64,000 bases of DNA from Callorhinchus milii (Eukaryota): the NCBI RefSeq assembly GCF_018977255.1, contig NW_024704742.1, forward strand, positions 117,988,001 through 118,052,000. The letters are read 5' to 3'. The translations under genes and the position numbers were made by a program. How positions within the stretch are numbered: the stretch's first letter is position 1; each line of letters starts with the position of its first letter. Under the pieces are notes generated by a model. That model was not told where the DNA came from, did not search any database, and worked only from the letters and a program-made list of their open reading frames with translations. Below are positions 1 to 11,960 of this stretch, piece after piece.

Positions 1-269
1 AAATACTATGGAATTTAATCCCATGGAAATCAATACAGAAGTCCTACCTATACTCACAAAACAAATTTTAATTTACAATTGAATAACAATTACTGTATGC
101 GTAGATTACAATATTCAAGTTTTTTTTAAAAACTAATGTACCTCCAGCAAAAACTTGCATTTACAGTATATATTGCCCTTTACATAGGATAATTCCTCAA
201 AGCTCTTCAGAGACTGTTCTTGGGATATTGCACTATGGTTTGGTCTATCTACAAAAGATTGGAGAAATA

Positions 270-655
270 AGGGCTTTTTTCACTCAAACAAAGGTTGAGG
301 GTTGACCTGACAGAGGTCTTTAAAATTATGATGTGTTTTGATAGTCAGTAGAAGAAATTATTTCCACTGGTCAGTGAGTCAGTGACGAAACATCATCAAT
401 TTACGACAGTTAGTAAATGAGCAAATGGAGATGTTAGAAGATTTTTTTTCAAACACAGTAGTTTGAATATTTATGGAATGTCCTGCCAGGAGCACTAGTT
501 GAGGCAAAATCCACATTGGTCTTCAAGAGGGAACTGGACACACCTTAAAAAGAGCCAGCGTCAGGGATTTGGGTAAAGGGCAGGTAAGTGGGGCTGAGAG
601 GGTGCTCGATGAGCAGCGTGGACACGGTGGGCCTCTGTGCTGTAAATTTCTTTGG
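270..655 (+). mobile_element. CR1-type LINE 3' fragment (decayed ORF2 C-terminus + 3'UTR)
   Basis: aggttgagggttgacctgacagaggtctttaaaattatg resembles the CR1 'RLRGDLIEVFKIM' motif; followed by tggaatgtcctgccagg and a CR1-like 3'UTR. Confidence 0.7.
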
Positions 656-659
656 TTCC

Positions 660-915
660 TTTGCTCAGCCCCATCTCTTCAGCTAATGGGCTTGCTGCAG
701 GTCTTCTGTCCTCTCCATGCCACCATCAGTGACCAAGCCTTCAGATTCTAAGGCCTTACCTCCAGAATGCTCTCCCTATCAATCTTTAAGCCTTGCCTTA
801 AAACCTACTTCTTCGACTGTCACTTCCCCCCTTCCCTCCCCGCATTCCACCCACCTTTATAAAGCACAAAAGCATTATCGTACATGAAGGCACTATTTAA
901 ATGCAAGTTGTTGTA
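660..915 (+). mobile_element. L2 LINE 3' fragment (diverged)
   Basis: ccttaaaacctacttcttcgac (LKTYFFD, L2 ORF2 end) and tail aaatgcaagttgttgt. Confidence 0.65.
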
Positions 916-1088
916 GGCCCAGGAATCACAAACAATGCAGATTTAATGACATTTATGCTTACGTTATTGTAAGAACAAAAAGGCAAAATTAGTCAAAAGA
1001 ACACAAAAAATACATAACTCATTTGGATCTTGTTCATTTTCCTTACTTTTTTTGCTCTTCGCATTCTCCCTCCAGCAAACAAAAAAAA

Positions 1089-1178
1089 TGGTCAAGTCAA
1101 TCACTGCACACGATGCTGTGCTATGTCTATACATACATAGACATAGCACAGCATCACGTGCAGTAATTGACTGGATCA
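1089..1178. repeat. Near-perfect inverted repeat: 42-bp arms, 6-nt loop
   Basis: 1089-1130 vs reverse complement of 1137-1178: 37/42 identical by eye; ORF track shows near-identical peptides on opposite strands. Confidence 0.9.
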
Positions 1179-1197
1179 GTTTTTGGTCAAGTCAATC

Positions 1198-1350
1198 GAT
1201 CGTGCCTTTGGTGGTCCTCCACCTCTCTGCCTTCCCTCACCCCTACCCCTCCCCTATGCTCGGGTCCTGACTGACCTCTGACTGTCCAGCACCTTGGGAC
1301 GTCCTCCCTACGTGAAAGGCGCTCTATAAATGTAATTTTGCTGTTGTTTA
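1198..1350 (+). mobile_element. 5'-truncated L2 3' tail
   Basis: actgtccagcaccttgggacgtcctccctacgtgaaaggcgctctataaatgtaattttgctgttg, shared with other L2 copies in the window. Confidence 0.85.
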
Positions 1351-1824
1351 TACACCAACTGTGAAACAGAAGAACCTCCTTTTTTGTCAAAGATCTCCTG
1401 TTAGCAGTCTGGGTGACCTTTGCTGCATGCCTAATTTTGCCATCAACTAGTTGCAAGAAAATCCCAAGGTGCTGGACAATCAGTGTTTCAAACCCAAATT
1501 GGGAGTTGGGATCGGAGAGGATGGAGGTCAGGGAGGAAGGAGGTTGACTGAAGGGATGGTCGAACCAAGTCTTTTTCACTTGGCGAAATAAGTTATCAGG
1601 AGTTTACTGTGTATGTCACGTTTAAGAATAAATTTGGCAATGTTTTTAATCTATGGGTATATTTGAGTACAACAATTTATGGATATGTTTTATTAAAGTT
1701 TGCTTTCCTGGCAATTTATACATTTTAAATGTTCTTTAAGCTTTTACATCTTTAAATCTAACATATTTTGAAATATATTCCTATTTACATTTAAAATGCC
1801 TTTTGCATCAGGAAGGCATCCAGC

Positions 1825-2145
1825 CTTGGGATGTTCTCCAAACATTGTATTGTATCTCGCCCACAAAATATACAGTCAATTCATTTTACAGTATATTCTA
1901 TGAAGTGCTTTGAGACATCTCTTCTGCGATAAGGTGCTATATCAACAACAACATTTCATTTAAAGAGCGCCTTTCACATCGGGAGGACGTCCCAAGGCGC
2001 TGGACAGTTGGGTCAGGACCCGAGCAGGGGGGAAATGGTCAGGGTGAGGGGGGGAAGGGAGGGGGCGAGGAGGGGGTAGAGAGTCGAGAGGGGAGCTGAA
2101 GGCACGGTCGAAGAGAAGGATCAAATGCAAGATTATTATTATTGT
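1825..2145 (+). mobile_element. SINE 3' part interrupted by an antisense L2 fragment (about 1946-2119)
   Basis: SINE tail ...gtgctatATCAA | minus-strand L2 tail | ATCAAatgcaagattatt; ATCAA duplicated at 1941-1945 and 2120-2124. Confidence 0.8.
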
Positions 2146-2374
2146 ATTATTTACCTGTGTGAACACAGCAAAATAAAGGTGGTTGGGTTACATCCAAACC
2201 ACAAAACTACCCACAGTTCAGTAGCAAATAGTCACACCTAGCCAAAGGGATAACTGTTATGGGAACAAGTAATGTCAAACCAATGTACAAGCATAATTCT
2301 GACCCAGGTGGTAGCTTTCTTTTCTCTGTCAAATAATTAGCATGTCAAGCTTCCTGTTAGGACTGGAGGCCATT

Positions 2375-2625
2375 GTTTAGGCTGACACTCCTGTATAGTT
2401 CGAGGGGACTGCATTAACAGAGATGTTGTCTTTTTAGATAAGACGTTAAACTGAACACCCTCCCTTCTGCCTGTTCTGATGAAAACTAAAGTTGCCCCAA
2501 CATTATTCAGGAAAGGGAAGTTCTCCCAGTGTTCTAGCTAACAAGCCTCCAGATTAATTGACATTCACCTCAAAGATGTGCGGAACCCTTAAGTGCAAAA
2601 TGGCCGCTACATTTTTATTTTGCTG
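2375..2625 (+). mobile_element. Deu-domain SINE (older family), diverged
   Basis: aggctgacactc...agataagacgttaaactg...gttctcccagtgttctagc similar to copies at 28705 and 55005. Confidence 0.6.
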
Positions 2626-2739
2626 CGTTCACACAGATAAATAATATAATAATAATCCTTGTATTTGATATAGCGCCTTATCACGAAGAGATGTGATAAA
2701 AATGTGAATATCTGTGGTTGTTTGAGTGAGTGTAGAGAC

Positions 2740-3030
2740 TTGCCTTTTTTTCTCTTTACTAGTTTTGATATATAATTTAGGAATCTAGTTGTTAGTCGAT
2801 TGGCGGATTGCTTTTCCGGGGATAATAATCAGTTCAAAAGAATAAAAAAATAAATAATAATTTGGTCACTCAATCCACGACTGTTTCTGGGATATTGCTG
2901 TGAACAATTGGCTGCCGCGTTTCGCCCACAAAACATACAGTCAATCACTTTACAGTATATTCTGTGAAGCACTGTGAGAAATCTCAAAGACGTGATAAGG
3001 CGCTATATCAAATGCAAAGATTATTATTAT
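2740..3030 (+). mobile_element. tRNA-derived SINE, long subfamily, 5'-degenerate
   Basis: central block tagtcgattggcggattgcttttccgggg shared with the 62513 copy; tail gcgctatatcaaatgcaaagattatt. Confidence 0.85.
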
Positions 3031-3294
3031 ATTTGCCTACAAAAAAGGCACTATATAGAAATGGCGATAGTATGCACTCATTGTCTCTAGAATAGGTAAA
3101 ATAAGCACAGAACACTGTAAAAAAAAGTCCATTGCTAAAAAAGGATGGGGTAAAACGAAAGGGAAGAGAGCATGAAACAATGAAAAGAATCCAGAAAAGA
3201 AAATGCAAAATGGAAAATTGAGCAAAAAAAGTCTTCTGGATCTGTGACATTTACAAACATTGTATTGGATTAGTATTGTTGACTAAGTCAGGCT

Positions 3295-3500
3295 CCATCA
3301 CTGTTAAGCGCTCTGAGACGCGACCCTGCGTGGAGGGCGCTATATAAGTGCAAGTTTTTGTTGTTTAAAGCTTCAATTCTGTTAAGTTTCGCCCACATAT
3401 ATACAGTCAATTCACTTTACAGTATATTCTGTGAAGCGCTTTGAGACGTCTCAATTACATGATCAGTCGCTATATCAAATGCAAGGATTATTATTATTAA
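3295..3500 (+). mobile_element. L2 tail (second subtype) followed by SINE 3' fragment
   Basis: aagcgctctgagacgcgaccctgcgtggagggcgctatataagtgcaag, then cgcccaca...tatcaaatgcaaggattatt. Confidence 0.75.
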
Positions 3501-3846
3501 GTGTTTAAGTAAGTAACATACAATATACAATTTACATTTAGATTGGGAAACAAACAATTTGAAATCAGGGTTCTCAATGCAATAACCCATTACTTGAATT
3601 TATTTTGTCATTCTCAGTTCAGTCAAAATCTAAACACCATTTTAAAATTCATCAACGAAATATTTACTTGCCAAGAATGGAGCCTTTTAATAGCCGGCAA
3701 ATGAACCAAAACAGGAACAAGTGCACAGAAAAAGCACCTCATCATTGATGGTGCCGGAATCAAATGCAGAGTCTTAAATCTGATTTTAAAATGTTGAAGT
3801 TTCACAGTTCTGTCGTGAAAACATCAAACGAAGAACAAAGTAACAA

Positions 3847-3952
3847 TGCCCACAAATATACAGTCAATTCACTTTACAGTGAAGCGCTTTGGGACGTCCT
3901 CCCGACGTGAAAAGCGCTATATCAAATGCAAGGATTATTATTATTATTATTA
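3847..3952 (+). mobile_element. SINE 3' fragment with (ATT)n tail
   Basis: gtgaagcgctttgggacgtcctcccgacgtgaaaagcgctatatcaaatgcaagg(att)n. Confidence 0.85.
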
Positions 3953-4019
3953 ATGCGACTGGATGCCGTCTGGCAACACCCACCTTTATCAGACCTTATT
4001 GACTGAAGTATATTATTCT

Positions 4020-4044
4020 NNNNNNNNNNNNNNNNNNNNNNNNN
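4020..4044. other. Assembly gap (25 N)
   Basis: run of n. Confidence 0.99.
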
Positions 4045-4360
4045 ACACACAGGGTCACCAGCACTCTCCCCCCCCCCCCCCCCACACACACACAGGGTCA
4101 CCAGCACTCCCCCCCCCCCCCCCCCCCCACACACACACAGGGTCACCAGCACTCTCCCCCCCCCCCACACACACACACACACAGGGTCACCAGCACTCTC
4201 ACCCCCCCCCCTCCCCCCCCCCCCCCCCCCCCCCACCCACCCCCCCCCCCCCCCACCAGCACTCTCACCCCCCCCAACAGGGTCACCAGCACTGTCAACA
4301 CCCCCCACAGGGTCACCAGCACTCTCACCCCCCCCCCCCCCCCCCCCCCCCCCCACACAC
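4045..4360 (+). repeat. Minisatellite, unit (AC)nAGGGTCACCAGCACTCTC(C)n, about 7 full/partial copies
   Basis: repeated gggtcaccagcact core separated by variable poly-C and (AC)n. Confidence 0.9.
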
Positions 4361-4504
4361 CACTATTTATATCAAGATGCACAGGAAGGGTGTAATCTTT
4401 TGATCTGAGTGGTATACAAAGTTTATTTTCTTCCACCCCACAGATTCCTTTTGCTTAACTCCTGAAAATGTTTCATTTTCATAAAATTCCATTTGTACCA
4501 TTTC

Positions 4505-4790
4505 ACCCCAAGTGACCATTCTTCACGTGTAGGCTCAGATAGTTAATATTTGCAATATTGGCAGGATAATCGTCTATAGAGCAGAACATCACATCTGAAT
4601 GCAATCCTACGATCACTTGATGTTCACGAACATTCAATTTCCAGTAGGAATCGCTGGATAGCAAATGAGTGATAAGCTTTGCTGGTTTTTCTTCCCCCCC
4701 CCCCCCCCAATTGTGTGTCTATTGTGTCTTTGAGATCAACTAACTCATTAAAGACTAGGATCAAACATAGGGAACCATACATACCACTGG
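4505..4790 (-). mobile_element. Old SINE, third family (diverged)
   Basis: gagatcaactaactca...ggatcaaacataggga (reverse B-box-like) shared with 13000-13270, 27190-27530, 57130-57300 and 61790-62040. Confidence 0.45.
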
Positions 4791-5119
4791 ACATTGGCTT
4801 TGCTGTTTCAAACTAAATGGGTGACTACTGTCATGATTTTTAAAGAGCATGTGGTCATTGAATGTAACAAGTACAATATTTTGGGGGATTGGCAATGAAA
4901 GGCAAAGTGAGCTGGAAGAAGATACTATCACGGGTTGTATAATTATATCATAAATTATTTATATTAAATTATTGGGAAACATATCTAAATATGCATGGTT
5001 CAAGAAATATACAATTAAACAAATCAGAATATTGGTTGTTACTTTCTTAGCCAAACAATTTAAGCACTCTTCTTGCTTATTTTAGAAAAAAGATTATACA
5101 ATTGTAAGAAAAAGGGAAG

Positions 5120-5335
5120 GAAAGCTATATAATACTTGCATTTGATGTAGTGCCTTGTCACATTGTCAGTGTCTGAAAGCTTTCACACACATTTTACAGT
5201 AAAGTGCAGTGACTGTGTATTTGAACATTGAACTGTGCAATTTGCACACTGCATTGTTCCACAAACATCTGTGAAGCAAGTGACCACTTTCATCTGAGGC
5301 ATTGTGGGCCAGAACACTGGGAGAAACATAAAAGA
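5120..5335 (-). mobile_element. Deu-type SINE 3' half
   Basis: reverse complement of tail (cttgcatttgatgtagtgcc) and core (caatttgcacactgcattgttccacaaac). Confidence 0.65.
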
Positions 5336-5784
5336 GAAACAAATATGTTTTTGCCAACTGCTGCTTTTTATTGTTTTGCTTACAAAGAATTTTAGAATTG
5401 CAGGACAGAAATATGCCATTAAGTTGTTCCTCCAACTTGTCTAGTCGTACTTTACTGCTTTGCTCGCTCTCCACACATTTTAATATTTCTCTTTTCCAAG
5501 AATTTAATTCCCTTTTAAAACAGTTAGACTTACCTCAACAATGGCTTATAGCAGAGAATTCTACAATGTGATCACTCTGTATGTAGACGTTTTTCTAATC
5601 TTTCATTTTAATTCTTTTTGTAATTATGCTAAATTTGTGCTTAATGACGAAAGAACAGCTGATTGTCGTGTAAGTCAACTTCCAAAAAGCCTTTGAAATA
5701 CTGACTAGACACTTTACATATTGCTGGTGCAAATCAAAGTAAGTCATGGATGTGGATTTGTATCAAAGGAAGAACGAAGACATG

Positions 5785-6035
5785 GTGGGTGGACCTTCCT
5801 CCACTCTGCCCCCACCCTCTGGAACGCCATCCCGCAATCTCTCCACCTCGCCCCCCTCCCTTGCCTCCTTCAAGATCCATCTCAAGAACCTCCTCTTTGA
5901 CCGTGCTTTCGATCCCCCTGCTTCACCCTTCCCGATCCCGACCCCCAGCTCGAGTCCAAAACATTAATTGTACAGCTCTTTGGGACATTCTCCCAATGTG
6001 AAAGGCCCTATACAAATATAATTTTGTTGTTGTGA
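5785..6035 (+). mobile_element. L2 LINE 3' fragment
   Basis: ORF track SLASFKIHLKNLLFDRAF = L2 ORF2 C-terminus; (TTG)n tail. Confidence 0.85.
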
Positions 6036-6639
6036 ATTTGTCATGAAAGAAGCAGAGAGTAGTTTTAAGAGCAGTTGAGTTCAAACGGGGTAGGTATTGA
6101 TGGAGCCTGATTTTTAACTTAGTATAGGGTAGTTTCAGTGACTGGTGACACCATGGTAAGGGTTGTCTTCATAGAGTGCTCAGCTGAATATGGATCTGAT
6201 CTGATTACTGGCCAGTGACAAACCAGATAACTGCAAGATCTTACTTACTTGGAAATAAATATAGAAGGAACATAATACTTAATAAATAATCTAGAACTTT
6301 AGAAAGGAAAAGTTAAGACTTGCAATGCCAAATTAATTTGTTACTCACCTTTGTTACCAACTATGAACCTTGTCCAAATAAGTGCGAGGCAGCAGTCATC
6401 AAAAGGTTATGTTGAAAATTGATTGTGTTAAAGAACCCTGAAGCCGTGCTCAAGCTTTAGATACTCAGATATAGGCACAAAATTGCAGGAATACCATATA
6501 TACATGTAAAACGATTGCCAGGAAAAAGGTTACCAGGTTGAGGTTAGGACACTGGACCTGTTCAACATGAACTCTCTGCTGGAATGGGAATACTGTAAAG
6601 GTAGGGTGAAATCAAATGGACATCACTGATTATTTTCCC

Positions 6640-6950
6640 CTTGAAAAATAAAAATACCACAGGAAAAGTGGTTCAGCCTTGGCTAACTAGAGAAGTTAGG
6701 GAAAGCATAAAATTAAAAGAAGAGGCCTATAATACTGCCAGAAAGAGCATAAACCTGAGGATTGGGAGGGCTTTAGAGATCAGCAAAGGAAAACCAAGAA
6801 ACCGATTAAGAGGGAGGAAATGGAATATGAGAGTAAACTAGCTAGGAAATTAATGGCAGATTGTAAGAGTTTTTACAGGTACATAAAGAGGAATAGACTA
6901 TCAAGAGTGAATGTGGGTCCATTGCAGGCAGAGAGAGGAGAAATAATGGG
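6640..6950 (+). mobile_element. CR1-type LINE ORF2 internal fragment (frameshifted)
   Basis: PWLTREVRESIKLKEEAY...EYESKLARKLMADCKSFYRYIKRNR...VGPL resembles the CR1 ORF2 region between endonuclease and RT. Confidence 0.8.
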
Positions 6951-7329
6951 GTGTTTGTACTTACTTAACTGTGGAAAATTGAGGGAATTTTTTTTCCTTT
7001 TACACGCTATATTTCATATGCATGAATGGCCTGCCAGGGCAATAAAGTGTTTCCTCATTCCAGAAAGGATCAAGCACCATAAATATTTGTGATAAATCTT
7101 CACATAGCATGGTCAATTTCATAATCCAGCAATTTACATGGAAGATGCCACAGAAGTGATCAGCTTCATATTTTGATAACTTCAGCAAAGAAAAACATAT
7201 ATAGCTATGAATACAATAAAAAGAGACCATCTCTTAGTCTCTCTACCTATCAATCTTCTTAGCAAGTAGTGTTTAGAAAATATTATGGATAGATTTGCAA
7301 CTAGCACATCAGAAGGAGGCCACGAGACA

Positions 7330-7930
7330 CTTTACAAGATCCATTGTAAAGCTTAGAAACTGTGTATTTTGTAGGCATACAGAGCAGCCAATTTATACCC
7401 AGTAATGACCTACAAACAACGACGAGTGAATAACCAATTTTACATGGAGGATTGGCCAGGACACTGGGAGAAACTCCCATCTCTTTTTGAATAGTGTTAT
7501 GGAACTTTTTAACGTCCACCTGAACAGGCAGATGAGACATTTCATTTTAACAACATCTCGTCTCCACAAATGGCTTCTCTTCTATCCCCTTGCCTCCTTC
7601 AAAACCCATCTCAAGACCCTCCTCTTCGACCGTGCCTTCGGTCACCCTCCTTCCCTCCCTGACCTCCACACTTCCTGACCTCAACCCCCAGCTTGGGTCC
7701 GAATCATTGATTGTCCAGCACCTTGGAACATCCTCCTGATGTTAAAGGCCCTATACAAATGTAACTTTGTTGTTGTTGTTAACATGTCATCTGAAGGATA
7801 GCACCTCTGTCAGCAGTGTATAGGAGTCTTACTTTGGACGACCAACTCAAATCTTGACATCGTACTTGAATCCAAGTGAATTGACATAAAAGTCTGAGTC
7901 AGAAGTCATTGAGTCAATGAGTCATTTGAG
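7330..7930 (-). mobile_element. Deu-type SINE (minus) interrupted by + strand L2 fragment at about 7580-7780
   Basis: ttggccaggacactgggagaaactcc...acgtccacctgaacaggcaga resumes after the L2 tail as aacatgtcatctgaaggatagcacctc. Confidence 0.7.
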
Positions 7931-8049
7931 CTAGGCTACATGTAGGGATTAGGCATTACCATCCATAGATGCACACTTCCACACATCCTCCCGACGTGAA
8001 AAGCGCTATATCAAATGCAAGGATTATTATTATTATTATTATTATTACT

Positions 8050-8730
8050 TCACCTAACTGAGCCAGTCCCGGAACTTTGGTGTCTTGTTTGACCCTCAAC
8101 TATCCATTCTACCCCACATCCATGCCATGACCTGCTCTGCCTTCCCCACCTCCACAACATCACCCGGTTCCACCACTGTCTCACCCCACAAGCCACCGAG
8201 ACCCTCATACATGATTCATAACATCCAGGCTTGACTATGCAAACTCTCTGTTTGTCAGCCTCCCCAATTCCTCCCTCCATAGGCTGCAGATCATCCAGAA
8301 ATCTGCAGCTCGTATCCTCTCCCGCACCAGGGTCTGTGACCCAATGACCCCCATCCTCTCCTGACTCCACTGGTTTCCCATCACACAGAGACTACACCTT
8401 CAAAACCCTCCATGGCCTCGTTCCCCCCTACCTTAATGAACTCCTAAACCCCTAACAACCTGCCCACTCCCTCCGCTCAGCGGGCTTCAGCCTGCTTCAC
8501 GTCCCCCGCCTCGCCCATCTCACCATTGGCAGGCGGGCCTTCAAACCCTCTGCCCCCACCCTCTGGAACTCCACCCCGCAGTCCCTCCACTATGGACCCT
8601 CCCTTGCCTCCTTCAAGACCCACCTCAAGACCCTCCTCTTCGACCGGGCCTTCGATCACCCTCCATTCCCCCCTGCTCAGGTCTGAAACACTGATTGGGC
8701 GCTATACAAATGTAATTTTGTTGTTGTGTA
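8050..8730 (+). mobile_element. L2 LINE 3' 0.7 kb (decayed ORF2 C-terminus)
   Basis: translates to SRLDYANSLFVSLPNSSLHRLQIIQKSAARILSRT...LHWFPI...SFKTHLKTLLFDRAF with stops and frameshifts. Confidence 0.9.
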
Positions 8731-9839
8731 TGGGGGGCAGACAAAAGAGAGAGTGACATGAAAAACAATTCCAAATCCTTGGGATTATTTTCTTCACCTA
8801 TAGATATATGTACAAGAGAAATGTACACAACATATCACAGCAGGGTGTCACAAATTGCTGCCATGTAGGTTCAAACACCCATTCACTATGCTTGCCAATG
8901 AAAGCCAAAATCACTATTGGGAGGTTTCAAATGAAATTCATGTAGGAAAAATGTATCAGGAAATACTTTTAGGCAGCTCTTATGGGTTCATAGCAACTGG
9001 TGCAAATGTAAAATTGGTGAAAGGTTAAAATTGGTGAAAGTCAAATGCTTTCCCATTAATGAATGGCCCAGAGAAACTATGAGTAACTGAGGAGCAAATC
9101 GAAGGATTTCCTATGCAAAAAAATAAAAATTAAGATGAAAATGAAAGAATGTAAACTGCAACAGTGTTGGAAAAAATTAAAGGATTGAAAAAAATGAACC
9201 AAAAAGGACTTAAGTGGGAACTACATTATATTTAGTTATTAACTAACATAGCAGATTACTGTTCTGTTCAATATGTTGAGGTCAGTTGAATAACTAACAA
9301 AATAAATGGGTAAATCCTGATACAATGGAGATGCCAGGGAGTTGGACATGTTCTCAATGTATGAGGGAGGTCAGAAGAGAATTGATGGATTCTTGAACAT
9401 GGCTAAATAATGAGATGAGCTAAGTGGGTTCAGATAGTAATTTCTTTTTCCTCAGTTCTTTTCATTTCAAGCAGGCACGTTAATGGTTTGTTAGATGATG
9501 CTTTATTGACCAATAGGTGGTGTTTATTACAGACCCCATGGTTACGAAGAAGATTTTGTTCAGTGAGCTTTGCTAATATTTTTACAGTCCACAAGGAATG
9601 TTAAACAATTGTGATAGATCACGGAAGAGTTCAGGGTGGGCAGAGTGATCCCATTTGTTTGTCACCTTCTGCAATGCTTTTATCTGCTCTTTTTCAAGCA
9701 ATGCATTTTCCTCTATTTAGCAGCGATTTGGTTCTAACTTTCCTTTCCATTTTTTCATTATTGTGAAAGTTAAGTGAAGAGATAAGGATCATAAGACCAA
9801 GAAGGAAACACAAGATAAGTCAAAAAAAAAATCTTCAGT

Positions 9840-10015
9840 GTCTGCTCCCTCCCTTTCCATTTTCAGGTCTCTGCTGAAGACCTTTCTTTTCGACCGCGTC
9901 TTTGGTCACCTTCCTCCCCCTCCCCCTGGCTCGGCCCCGGGATCCGTTACTGTGAAGCGCTCTGAGATGCTGTCCGGTGTGGAGGACGCTATATAAATCC
10001 AAGTTGTTGTTGTTG
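9840..10015 (+). mobile_element. L2 3' tail (second subtype)
   Basis: ctgaagacctttcttttcgaccgcg...gtgaagcgctctgagatg...gacgctatataaatccaag(ttg)n. Confidence 0.8.
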
Positions 10016-11109
10016 CCACTCTTTAATAACTTGTTTCAATGTCTACATGTTACTGTTCTGTGGTATACAATTTCCAATTGTCCTCTTTTTAGTTCCTCAC
10101 ATTTGTCATTAAATAGAATGCATGACAATTGGGGTCCACAATCTTTTGGGCGCCAAACCCACAAAAGGTTAATGTCCAGCCCTGTCCAGAGAGTGGGGGC
10201 AAACAGGATGAAAATCCACCTTCCAATGGTGGGACGGATAGGGTGGGGGCATGAAGCAAGCCGATGCTTGCTGAGTAAAAGGAGCAGCCAAGTGAGTAGG
10301 GTGTGAGGAGGTTGCCAAGTTAGGGTGGGACAGGACTGCGGAAGGATTTAATGGTGAGATAGGATAAAAAATTCACCTACAAAAATAAGTCACTATACTT
10401 TACAAAAAAAACTCTGTGAAGTTCTTTGAGACTGTTTTCAACATGATAAGTCTTTATTTTATATCAAAAGCAAGGATTATGATTAAGGATTTGTCTACAT
10501 AACTCAATTGTAAAACAGAACACCTTTTACTTTGTAAAATCGGTTTGGTTATCATATAAAATTAAAAGGTATCATAACTATTTCAATACCATACTCCAGA
10601 CAGAACCAGACTCATTATTTGAAATGCTGTTTTTCAACAGTTGGTTAATCACAAATGCTCAGACCTGGAAATAGGTGGGTTGGCTTTATAACATAGAGGA
10701 GAGTAAAGGGGACCAAGCCATGAAAAACCACATTAGAAAGTGTAAAAAATTGAAATCACAAAGTACATGCACAAAAAAGAAGCAACAACTTGTGAAATGC
10801 TGGATAGAGTGTTCATGTGTTGTTTGTGATAGAAAGTTAATTTTAATATTTTTAAAAACTAACGTTTTCAATATGACTTATCTTATCCAAGTTCTATGAT
10901 TTGGTAGTATTAATGCCTTCTATTTTGAACTCAAATAACTCCATGAATCTGATTTCTTAAAATTTTAAAATACGATAAAGAGATCTTTAAATTTATCCTT
11001 TTCACATGTTTCTGTACAAATCTCAGCTATTTTTATTTTATATACACCTTATTCTTCACTTTCACTTTTATTGTCTATTGGTAAGTTGTTGTGGTACATG
11101 TGTTAACAG

Positions 11110-11352
11110 TTTTCAGTTAGCAAACCAGATAGGTTAAAAAAAAATCCCTCAAGAAAAAACAATAATAATTTGGTCACTCAACTCACGACTGTTTGTGGGA
11201 CACTGCTGTGTGCAAGGGGCTGCCGCGTTTCACCCACAAAAATACAGTCAATTCACTTTACAGAATATTCTGTGAAGCACTTTGAGACATCTAGAATATG
11301 TAAAAAGTGCTATATCAAATGCAACGATTATTATTATTATTATTATTATTAT
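11110..11352 (+). mobile_element. SINE, 5'-truncated
   Basis: ttggtcactcaactcacgactgtttgtgggac...(att)n. Confidence 0.85.
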
Positions 11353-11741
11353 GTGATACCAATTAGGATTTCTGAGAAATGTGGGAAATAGTTATGCTAT
11401 AATTCAGTTATAAGTTGTTTTCTCAGGTATGGAGTAGTGGAACACAAATAGTGCAGCAGGGTCAAAATCTCTTTCATAGCTCTTTGGATGTCTAAGGTTT
11501 CAAAGATGAGTCCAACATTTCACATGAATCTTTTTGATTTTATATTTAATCGATATTGCTATGCTACCTATTTAATAAAAAAACTTTATTGAATTGGTAG
11601 TAGACATCACCACTCATACCTCAATAAATAGTTATGAAGAAATATTAATTGTGGTTAAAAATGAGGACTGGAACATTTCCTATAATTGCCACCCAGCAAC
11701 AACCCACCCCTCTTCTCAGACCCTTGAATATTGATAGCCTT

Positions 11742-11960
11742 GATAATAATAATAATAATAATAATAATCCTTGCATTTGATATAGCGCTTTTCACGTCGG
11801 GAGGATGTCCCAAAGCGCTTCACAGAACAGACTGTAAAGTGAATTGACTGTATATTTGTGGGCGAACGCGGCAGCCAATTGCGCACAGCAATGTCCCACA
11901 AACAGTCGTGGATTGAAAATGACCAATTTATTATTGTTTTGTTTTGGAGGGATTATTATG
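11742..11960 (-). mobile_element. SINE, 5'-truncated, young
   Basis: reverse complement of the family body and (ATT)n tail. Confidence 0.9.

Noticed and set aside
3922..4436. Gly/Pro-rich ORFs
   Set aside because: Translations of the poly-C minisatellite across an N gap
6343..6440. Minus-strand exon ending at AG|GTGAGT
   Set aside because: All three frames have stops and there is no good acceptor
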